A DNA stretch of 64,000 nt from Rotaria socialis (taxonomy: Eukaryota). The position numbers and the translations under genes are program-made. Positions 53,359 to 64,000 of this stretch are shown in pieces (the first letter of the stretch is position 1; each line of letters begins with the position of its first letter). The notes under the pieces are model-generated. The model did not search any database and was not told the DNA's origin. It saw only the letters and a list, made by a program, of their open reading frames with translations. Location of the stretch: positions 22,984 to 86,983 of the forward strand of contig CAJNYD010000510.1 of the NCBI GenBank assembly GCA_905331295.1, given 5' to 3'.

Positions 53359-55250
53359 TTAGTTTTTTATCGCATCTTTGACAGTGCGGATATTTTGTTC
53401 GGTGCGAGCAATTGTCGAATGTTCTGGTGGCAAAATTTTGCGACTAATTTCGATCGATTTTCCATAGTATTCCAATGCTTTTGAATAATTTCTATTTCGC
53501 TCATAAATCGTACCTATGTTATTATACAATCCAGCAAGTTTTGGGTGATTGGTGGGTAAGATTTTCTCCCGAATTACACGACATTTTTGATAATACTCTA
53601 AAGCTAACTCAAAGCTGTTTAAATAGCTATAAGTTACTGCTATACTACCATACGTTTCGGCAAGTTCAATAGAGTCAGATGAAAGTGTTGCTTCTTGTAT
53701 TTGAACTGCTTGCTTCAAATATGATAAGGCTGTGTCATAGTTCTTACTCGCATAAAAGTTCAGCACACCAATGTAACTGTAGCATTCTCCAACGTCAGCA
53801 TGATCTTGGCCCAAAATTTGCTGTCTGATTTTTAAAGCTTCTTCGAAATGCTTCAGACCATCATCAGCCTCTTTAAATACAGAACAAATATTACCTAAAC
53901 CTAATTCAGCGTTTCCAGTAGCCAGTTTAGTTTCATTCAACATTCGCTTGTAGCATTTTCGTGCTTGCTCGTATTCACCCATTTGATATAGAATTTTCCC
54001 AAGAGAATCTAAATCTGTATCGTCACCAATTGTGTGTTTCATATAAGAAAATGTTTCTTTCAATTTAAAATCTTCTTCACTTGCTAACGACACACGAATC
54101 ACCCACATTCCTTCCTTCTTATCTTCATCTACCGTTTCTATCCGGAATAAAGCACCAAGCATAATCAATACTTCATCTTCATTTTGAAGATAACTAATGT
54201 GAGCAATGTCAGCAAAAGCTTTAGTTTGTAAACGCGGATTAATTTCTATCTCGAAAAGAATTCGATGAAGGTTATCGGCAGTAGAAGAACTTCGAGCAAA
54301 GCGAACAGCTGTTGATCGATTACGACTGGTCGAAAAGAAAGAATTCATGGATAAAAATTCACCAATACTTTTCTTCATTAGTTCAAGTTCATCAGTTCCA
54401 ATCATTTGTCCACGATAAACACGAATTATATTTCGATTCTCACTTGTACGAATGAATTTTTCATGCTCGGTTTTAATCTGTTTGGCAAGATCAGTTATAA
54501 AGAATCGAAGAGCAAATAATGTATCGAAATCTTGTACACGTAACGCTTTATTTATCATTTTATAAAAGCATGATTCTAATGTGTACCACCAAATAGCATT
54601 TTCTGGTTTATAACTAGTTTTAAAATCTTCAACCATTTTCAATTCCCGCTGATTACCCTTATAATTTGCTTTGCAAAGATCTAGAAGTTCTTGTCGATCA
54701 TTGGATTTATGATGCATACGAAGAAGAACTTCGATAAACAATTGAAACCACATAAATACAGCATTACGAGCTTGAAGAGATGCAGAACCAGAAGTGATTA
54801 CTGATATCGAAGCACCGTCTTCTACTTTGCTTCTACTTTGTTGATCATTCGATATTTGGCCAACAAGTTTCGAACGATTAGCAAATACTCCATTGACCTA
54901 AAATGTTCTAGTGCAAAAACAATTATAGACTTAAATTATATAACCTTGCTATATTTTTTATCCCAATATTCGTTTGGTGCCAGATTTAGACAAAAAACAT
55001 AGCATGCAGATAACTGCGGAAGATCATGAATTCGAGGTACGATCTCTCTACTCAATGAGCCTGATACGATGAGAACAACCTTTTCTTTTGTAATTTGTCG
55101 AATATATTGTTCACACTGATTAAGATCATCAAATGTTCGAAGATAATTGATAACTTCACGAAGTTCTTTCTGAGTTTGGATATTATCTTCTGTTGAATTA
55201 ACGCTTCGATCAAGCCATAGGCATGTAAACGACTCTAAATTGGAATTCAT
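53359..55250 (-). CDS. ADP-ribosyltransferase (R-S-E type) domain + TPR repeat protein
   Basis: Exon 1 is a CLWLD.. receiver-like region, followed by intron 54944-54898. Then AIWWYT, VYRGQ, FFSTS, NEDEVL and kinesin-light-chain-like TPRs (HADVGECY, HPKLAGLYNNIG). Confidence 0.9.
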
Positions 55251-56439
55251 TGAGTATTCGATAGATTCTACCGTTTTATTTGACTGGTTTTTGCTCGCAG
55301 TACTTCAAGAGAAATGAAATCGTTTGAGGAAGACCGAATTTCACTCGTCGCTGTTTTTCTTTTAACTTTAACACAGATTGATGTGGATTTTGCTCCCTTC
55401 TTCACAGTTCGATGATGTGTTTTTCGTCTTTTTCTTGTAGAATAGTTGAATCAATGCTGCCCATGTGCAGACATCGACGATGTTGGTATAAAGGATGAGA
55501 ATAGTCAAAACAAAAAACAAAGTTTCTTCCGAAACATGAGAAAAAAACAGTATTGAATAAAGGCTCTCGTAAAATTCAAATTCTCTTATTATCATGGATG
55601 TATTGGTGTATAAAATTTAGAAACTATGACTTGTCTGGTTGGCAATGCAATAATGAACAGCTAATATCACCTGGAGCATCTAAAAAGAATAATACGCAAG
55701 AAAAGGGGCACTCAATAACTGATAAGAAAAGAAAATACTAGATCAATGTAAAAAAAAGCACATGACTAATTTTTTCTTTTTATTATTAACAATTTAGACT
55801 ATGTCGTCAGCATACAGATCTTCATCTTTTGTTTTGTACATTTACTTTACTGCTAAATCCAAACATAAGTCGGTGCATAATTTTCTCTCAACAAATGATA
55901 GGTTTCATTTTAAGAACCCCAAAACGAATCCTTTTTCTTTGTACCAGATCAATCATCAAATTTGAAAAAATAACATAATTTAAGTCAACATTAAAAAGGC
56001 GTCTATATTATGTGTAACATCACTAATGCTACACAATCAATCCATATAAACAAGTGAAATTGAGATAATAATAAAATTTTACACGAAAAAGTGTGTATTC
56101 CTCATTTCATTGACAGTCCACCAAGAAAACAAAATTCTCTCAAAATAACGCACGATAACATTTAAATCTAGTATACTGAGTAAACTTCTCACTAAACACA
56201 CCGGTTTCGTTTGAACATAATTCATTTTTCTAACATTGAATGCATATTCTATCATACGTGAACATCAACGATCTTGTACATGAGTCGAACAGTTAGATTC
56301 TTTACAATATGTCTTTATTTAAACTTTGGAAAAAGAAACTACAGAAAAATTATAATATCAGAAGATGAATCATAACTAATCATCTCTGAAGATAACACTA
56401 ACGTAGATCAATGTAAAATTGTATTTCTTCAATAGAATA

Positions 56440-58247
56440 TCAATGTTGGTTTTGCATTTTCTTTTTCAATCTTTCTATATTTGTTGCGGTCACAGCATAT
56501 TCTTCATGAGTAGGTGGGAAAAATTTTTGCTTGATTTCCATGGATTTTTCAAAATATTCCAGTGCTTCTGTATAGTTTCCTTTATGTTCATATAATGTTC
56601 CTACATTATTGAAGGTTTCAGCAATATGTGGATGACTTTCAGGCAAGGTTGTTTTTCGAATTTTGAGAACTTTCATGTGATACTCCAGACCTAAATCATA
56701 GTTTCCCATCGATTCATACGTATCCGCTATGTTACTATAGGTCAGAGCAAGAGGAAGAGAATCAGGTGAAAGTGTTGCTTCTTGGATTTTAATCGCTTTT
56801 TTCAAATTTTCCAACGCTTGATCAAGATCATGTCGCACGTACCAGTTAAGCGTACCCAACCAAGTATGAATTTCTCCAACATCTGCATGATTCTGACCCA
56901 AAATACGTTCTTTTATAATTAATGCGTCTTTGAGATGTTGTAGACCTTCATCAGCCTGTCTACATAGTATATTGACTCTGCCTAAGCCTAGCTCTGCATT
57001 ACCACTAGCAAGCTGCGCTTCATTTAACATTCGTTTGTAGCATTTTTGTGCTTGTTCATTCTCACCCATCTCGACCAGAATTTTCTCCAATGAATTCAAA
57101 TCAGTAGTCTCACCTATGGTAGCTTTCATGGAAGAAAATGTTTCTTTCCATTTAAAATCTTCTTCACTTGCTAACGATACATGAGCAATCCAAAGTCCAG
57201 CATCTACATCTTCAATCACTTGTTCAATTCGAAACAACGCTCCAACCATGATCAATAAATACTTCATCTTCAGTTTTAATTGCGCTCATTGGAGCTATAT
57301 TAGCAAATGCTTTCGTTTGTAAATGCAGATCGATCTCAATTTCAAAAATAATACGCTGATTTTCATGTGTTTTATGAGACGTGCGAGCAAAATTCACCGC
57401 CACTGAACGCTTATGACTTGTTGATAAAAAAGAATTGATCGAGAGAAATTCACCAGTACTTTTTTTCATTAATTCAAGTTCATCGTTCGAAATCGTTTGA
57501 CCACGATAAACACGAATTTTATGTCGATTGGCGCTTGTACGGATGAATTTTTTATGCTCATCTTTAATCTGTTTGGCAATATCAGCTATAAAGAATCGAA
57601 GAGCAAATAATGTGTCGAAATCTTGTACTCGTAATGCTTTATTCAGTATTTTATGAAAACATGATTCTAGTGTGTACCACCAAATAGCATTTTCTGCTTT
57701 ATAATTCTTTTCAAAGTCATCAATAATTTTCATCTCTTTTTTATTACCCTTATAACTATTTTTGCACATGTTCAATATTTCTTCACGATCATCGGACTTA
57801 TGATTCATGCGAAGAAGAACTTCGATAAACAATTGAAACCACATGAAAATAGCATTACGAGTTTCAAGTGATTGAGAACCTGATGTTATAACCGATATGG
57901 AACTACCAGCTTCTGTTTTGGTTCTTGCTTTCTGATCTTGCTCTATTCTTGCAACAAGTTTCGAACGATCAACAAATAAGTCATGAATCTAAGAATTTAA
58001 GTCAAACAGCAAATAAACATACTGCACCAATGAAATATATGTATTCACACTGATTAAGATCATCAAATGTTCGAAGATGATTGATAACTTGGCGTAGTTC
58101 TTTCTGAGTTTGGATATTATCTTCCGTTGAATTAACGCTTTTATCAAGCCATAGGCATGCAAACGATTCTAAATTAGAGTTTCTTGAGGGAACGTCAGAT
58201 TGTTTCGAATTTGAGGTTTCTCTTGAGTGATGCTGTTTTGTAATCAT
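56440..58247 (-). pseudogene. Tandem paralog of the ART-TPR gene, disrupted
   Basis: A 4-bp duplication (GAAGTATTTATTGATC, ~57254-57261) shifts the frame just after EDEV. Exon 1 lacks the region after DLNQCE that is present in the intact copy. Confidence 0.8.
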
Positions 58248-61200
58248 TCAAATGAAACGAAAATATTTTGAAAGCTCAGTATACTTTTATTCGTCGTTGT
58301 CGTTTGTTGTTGTTTGCAGCGACAATGACGTAGAATATTATATTGAATGCAATACGTACTGCGACTGTGAAAGGAAATGTTTTGCGCCTTTTAACTTGTA
58401 AACCTATCGAAAAAGAAACCGTCCGTCTACCCAATTACTGTTGATGTTAATATAAATGAGATGCGCAAGGATGCCAGTAGTCGACTCTTCTCGTGAGAAA
58501 CGACAAGAAACACCACCGAACGAAGTCATGTGTTTAATCGAATTTTTTTCTCAAATATACGTGATTGATTGGTGGGATAATTTACATGCAATGATCGCCG
58601 AATCGAAAATTTCATCATGAATATCTTATGTGATTTTTGACGTGGAAGCGAATTCATTTTCATGTGAAAGAAATATACAACGAGTAATTCTTACAATCAC
58701 TATGTATGTCTTGTTGTATACACGAGATACAGCTTCTCTATGTGAACGGAAAATAATTAGATTTGATTAAACATACTCAACTGTCCCCTGTCGCAAATGC
58801 AACTTTCTTTTCAAGAAGAAATTAGTTTCTAGCGTGCATATATCAGTAATATCGCTCATGAAAACATTCAAACTAGAATTTCACACTCAACAGGAACCTA
58901 AAATTATATTTTAACATGAGAATTTTACATACATGCATTTGAAAATTGGTATTCGTCAAAGAGATTAAATCTTTGCTCAATCAAACAGTGAAACTAAATA
59001 TTTTTGAATACTACGTTATATTGACGATAAAAATATCGATCAACTCTATTTTCTAGAGTAATCTTAACTTTAAAATTAATCGACTTCGTTTTTAATTTTC
59101 CAAGAGAAATAATTGCTCTATCCGTATAAATAATGCACATCATCATAGTATGAATACCAAAATAGAAATTGAGAGAAAGTAGAATAGCAAATACCAAGTA
59201 ATTCACGCATACTATTGTTTTTCGTTTGCAAGATAAATTTAAAAAAATATTGAATAGCGCACTTCTGGCTATCAAATCAGCTAATTCAATCGTAGAAGTA
59301 ATGTTTAAAGTTCGAAAAACAAAACTGATGTTATTCCACTTGAATGACTTCAGGAAAACAATTATATTTTAAATTATATGAAAATCCGTTTGATATAAAA
59401 AGAATAAAAAAAATATGACTGTAAATATTTTCATAATCTTTGTTAGCCTCGCATTCGGATCACCATAGAGAAACATAGTCGATGTTCAGAAGAGACCAAT
59501 AGAATGAGAAAAATATGTTTTCTGTCTTATTGCAACTGATTGGAAAAAAACCACTTCTGATTACTTTTGAAACGTAAATAGAAACTGGAGGTCACTGAAA
59601 ATAATTCATATTAATTATGATTATGTGCATTTTCCTAGCATAAACTCAATAAAAATCATCATATTTTACAGCCATAGAGAGCTTTTCCTCTCTCGAACTC
59701 ACCATGGTAGTCGACAAAGAACAATAAGTATATTTATAAGATTTATTTTTATTAATCTAGTCAAATGATTGAACGTCTTGGTCTCATTGAAATTTGATTG
59801 AGACTATAAGGAAACTTGTAAAGTTACGTGTGACATAATTCCGCTACCCAGTCGACGAAAATATGCTTTCGGTGGGTTTGAAATTGAAAACTTGCATCAA
59901 TCAAATCGTACTCAATATCTTTTGCTCTGAAACAGACAATATTATTGAATAGATTCTTAGTTGTTACTTGAATTTTTCTTTTTATAAATAAATCATACAT
60001 ATTAGTGGTAAAAATTATCTTACTGGTAGTTTATACTATTTTATTTTGTGCGCATCTCAACCATTGTAATTCATTGCTTTTCGGATTCGAGTAAAATTTT
60101 CACGGATTTTTTTAGTTTCGATTCTTGATAGAATGAAAGCGTTAAGTTTTCTTTTCCTATCCTTTAAATTGTGTAAACTTTTTTTGCCCCCATTTTTTTT
60201 GAAGTATCCGTTTGAGAAGGTTCTTTCACTGAGAGGCTAGGAATTTTCAATTACACAAGTGCAAAGACTTCTTTTTTCATATAATCTGTATCTTATTTTC
60301 TTGTTCAATAAAGCATTCACAAGGGCACTACAAATTGCATGAATTATTCTATTTTAATGGGTCTTTCATGTTGGAAAATTATGTTGATTGTCTTCAATGT
60401 ATGAATCAATCAAAGTTAAGCTGCTTCAAAAATCTCATTCATGTATTGAAGGAGACATACAAAAGTTTTTCTTTTTTCGCCGAGCTTGCACTTGCAGAAA
60501 ATATGTTTCTATTCGTGACTCTTTTATTTGAAACTCAAGCTGGCAATGTCTCGCAAGTTATCTATATGCCCAGCTGTTCCAGTTAACTTGGCGACAACTA
60601 GCACATAGATTTAATCTGTTGCCAAATCTTCTCGAAAATAGCGGTAAGACTTTGGCATGTGAAAAATTCAAAATTCAAAATGTTATAAGAAGTTTTTAAA
60701 TGAATGAATGAGATCGCCAAGAAAATAATCATATTAATAGAAATTCTTTTCTTGCCTTATGATTGAAAAATTGTTACTAAATTCCTTATTTATTTTATTG
60801 TCTAAATTTGCTACCTAGCCGTCTTGTCTATGATAAAAAAAATCACTTTTTTATAATTCACTACTTTTAATATAACTTCAATTTGTATCATTTTCTAGTG
60901 AGAATTATTGCTAAAAATAATATCAACATTTTGGACGAATAAACTTTATCTGAATTGAATTGATAATAAAAAACTTTTTAAAATAAAATGTCCTAATAAA
61001 AATTGAACCATCAATTAAATTTCTTTAATTATCATTGCTGGACTTTTACAAATATTCATTATGATATATGCAATTAGGTTTCTTCATCTCGTCCTTCTGA
61101 CTTTTATTAATGAAATTCTGTGCATGACTATGATAGATTTACTATTAGATACTTGAATAAGTTTCTATCTAATTAATTATTTCAGTAAAAACAACAGTCT

Positions 61201-61474
61201 AGGCAATTCCAGCATTAATAACACTTTAAAAGTCTAGTGGTGAAAGCATATATGTTAATCAATCAAACCATTTTTTTTATAAAAGGTCTATATATGAAAT
61301 GAAATTCTTTTTTCTATCGAGTGATGTCACTACTTTCTAGTCAAAAAAAGCTATCGATGAATCTGATTGGCCCGTGACTCTAATATCTTTCTATGATAAT
61401 CAATCGTCATTCATTCATTTATTTCTTCATACAACAGCGAGTCATTTGAATCTTATTCATTTTACATTTAAACG

Positions 61475-62224
61475 ATGGATGCGAATTGTGATAATCCATT
61501 TGATATTCTTTTTGAACGTTCATTAGCCGTTATTGTACGTGAATATGGCTTTGACAATATTGAATTTTCAGCTTATCATCAAATACTTGATATATCAAAT
61601 ACAATACTTCGTCGGTTATTACTCAATATTAAAAATTTTATGGAAGTTCAATCCCGTACAGAACCCTGTCCAGCCGATGTAGTGCGTTCATTACAAATTA
61701 TGAATGTTAAATTACCATCATTACAACAAACATTTAATCATCCAATAAAACATCGTCTACGTTCACCTGATCGTCAAAGTGAAACACATCCAATGAAATT
61801 ATTTCGTGTTACGCAAACAACAAATAATTCTTCGCGAAAGCATCGTCCAATATATATACCGGATTTTTTACCTGAATTTCCTGATCCTCATACATTTATA
61901 TCAAGTGAAACCTATGCTGATTTACGCAAAGACTATCCGCGTGTTCGACATTCATTAGCTGATCAACGTCGCGCATTACAACGTTCATTAGTTAAATTTA
62001 AATTGCAAACAAACGAAAAAATATCTGTTATTAATAGTCATGGAACTAATATAAATGATTATTATCTTATTAAAAATAGCACATCACCATTGCCCTATCT
62101 GTCAGCTTTATTACCACAAGATCAAATGGATTCTGAGAGTACGGAAGCTATGGAGGACGAAACAGCAGCAAATATATCGCATAGAACAAAATCGTTATCA
62201 GCTACAGACGATGGAGAAATGTAA
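61475..62224 (+). CDS. TAF8: Transcription initiation factor TFIID subunit 8
   Basis: Histone-fold region (..QSRTEPCPADV) and the TAF8 C-motif YIPDFLPEFPDPHTF..LADQRR..RSLVKF. Confidence 0.9.
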   Translation: MDANCDNPFDILFERSLAVIVREYGFDNIEFSAYHQILDISNTILRRLLLNIKNFMEVQSRTEPCPADVVRSLQIMNVKLPSLQQTFNHPIKHRLRSPDRQSETHPMKLFRVTQTTNNSSRKHRPIYIPDFLPEFPDPHTFISSETYADLRKDYPRVRHSLADQRRALQRSLVKFKLQTNEKISVINSHGTNINDYYLIKNSTSPLPYLSALLPQDQMDSESTEAMEDETAANISHRTKSLSATDDGEM

Positions 62225-62813
62225 TTAAGGGTAAGCTGTAAAAAAAATAAAATGTTCATCGAACGCCATTGTAACTGTGTTTTTTTCTTATCCAAAAAGA
62301 AAACAGAAATTAATGAAACAATATTTCTCTTGTAGATGATAATAGAAAATATTTTAGCTGAACGAGTTCACAATTATGAGTATAGATCAGAATGGCATTG
62401 AATGAAACAAATATTTGACGATCAACATAAGAAAGATATTTGTAAAAATAATGGATTGAATAAATTATTAATAAACGATCAATCGAGATGATGGTTCTAT
62501 TGAGTTCACAACGTTTAAAATTGTTAGATATGTTGTATTTCAGAATTTTTATTTAAAGTAATATTTGTGTCAGCAATGTTGCTATAATCTGACATCAAAT
62601 ATTCTGACATATAATCATCTTTTCTCATATATATTATCAGAAATTGATAATATGCGTGATCAAAATTAATGGATTGTCGATTTTTTTCCTGTATCATTTT
62701 GTTAAGAATAAAGAAAACAAATCTTAGGACTTTTCCTTTCAACAGAAATCCTAGATTTATTATATGCATATTTATATATTCTAGATCTAGTCTTGATCTT
62801 TGACTCTTTTTAT

Positions 62814-63653
62814 ATGTCTAATTCATCGTCGTCTGCATCCCTTTCGTCTCGTTCTGGTGATCATTTACCACATCCGGTTATTCCAAAACGAGAACGAACG
62901 CTTTCACAGTAAGAATTCCCTTTTTTGAAATAAGCTGATCATTGTGAATATCCTGTACATGACTTCGATATTTTTCGACATCAGCTATTCAGAACGGTTA
63001 TTAACTTTGTTAGAACGAAGAGATTCTTTATATTCAAAGACTTCAATTTCCGGCTTTAGTTATGAGATCTTTATTAAGAAAGAAGGACAGATCCTTGATT
63101 GAATATCCTATTGGATATGTTCAATTTAAATAAAACGGATTAATCAATTTCTTTTTAAATTACTATCAATATATTTGTGGTTTAGATGTGAGCGGGCATT
63201 ACAAAGTCCATCATATGAAGGCGTAATTACAGAATTTTGTCGTGAAAAAGGTCATGGCTATATTCAACCTAAGGACAATCCTAGTCAACAAATATTTGCT
63301 CATGTTTCTGAGTAATTATTTCTACTAAAATGTTTTTTTTAAGAAATTTTATTATTTTGATTTATTGCTTCAGTATTGATGATGATTATGTACCAAGAGT
63401 AGGAGACAGTGTTTCATTTAAAAAAATGCTAATGCCACCAAAAAACGAAAAGACGATGGCCGTACATATCAAACTTCTTCATTTATCTGAAGGTGTTAAA
63501 CATGAATCATGGGAAGAAGCTGTCGAACACGATATGGAACATCGACGACCATCAAAGATAGGCTCGATACCATCAATACAAGAAACAGCGGATAACGGTG
63601 ATCATGTACAACATGTTGCATCTCATAAATCATGTCTTACACATATTGATTAA
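62814..63653 (+). CDS. CARHSP1: Cold-shock domain protein CARHSP1/CSDC2-like, three exons
   Basis: LPHPVIPKRERTLS, FCREKGHGYI, IFAHVSD|IDDDYVP..GDSV..PPKNEK..AVH. Confidence 0.9.
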
Positions 63654-63892
63654 CTTAACAATTCCATCGTATAGATTTTTAAACAAAGAACGACATATTT
63701 TTGCTTTTATGTGTACTGTTTAAGATTTCTATATATAATTTATCAGTTCTGTATAATGACGCGTTCAAGTGAGACAAGAATCTAAAATCTTTATATATAA
63801 TATTTATCTAAATTAGTATTGTTTATTCTTAGTATGAATAATCATATATTTTTTTCTCTCTTCAGATTTATTAGTAAAATAATCATTAAATT

Positions 63893-64000
63893 ATGGTAAA
63901 AATATGCGTGAAATAGTGGTTAATTGAATTATGATTGTTCTTCTAGGGAAATCAAGGTTCAAGCGGCCAACGGCGAGGTGAAGGAGCTGGTGATAAAGAA
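63893..64000 (+). CDS. 5' end of a gene starting M|GNQGSSGQRRGEGAGDKE; possibly 26S proteasome subunit Rpt2/PSMC1
   Basis: ATG at 63893, a 50-bp GT-AG intron (63896-63945), then a Gly-rich, myristoylation-like N-terminus. Truncated by the window edge. Confidence 0.5.

Noticed and set aside
58300..61400. ORFs 58994..59275 and 60335..60586
   Set aside because: Low-complexity AT-rich translations with no motifs or splice support.

Overview
AT-rich eukaryotic (metazoan) genomic DNA with dense genes and many ~45-60 bp GT-AG introns. The gene-family content (ART-TPR proteins, an F-box/LRR-like protein, a bacterial-type beta-lactamase-like gene) suggests a bdelloid rotifer; this is inference. In order, the window holds: a very large Ser/Thr-rich mucin-like gene with at least two complete GAIN/GPS autoproteolysis modules, running off the left edge; a cluster of non-autonomous DNA transposons (5.5-10.4 kb); a tiny secreted peptide gene; a GRD-like Cys-loop channel subunit; an adhesion GPCR whose GAIN module and intron position match the mucin's repeat unit; a secreted precursor ending in FKWG; an intronless serine beta-lactamase-like/golvesin-like gene (HGT candidate); two ABHD4/5 paralogs, one lacking its catalytic motifs; VPS33; Hem/NCKAP1; an F-box protein; a divergent alpha-tubulin; a Pro/Tyr-rich protein; a GSE1-like protein; two ART-TPR genes, one a pseudogene; TAF8; CARHSP1; and the 5' end of a possible PSMC1. 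The best novelty candidate is the poly-GAIN mucin next to its homologous receptor. All assignments come from reading motifs by eye; no searches were run.
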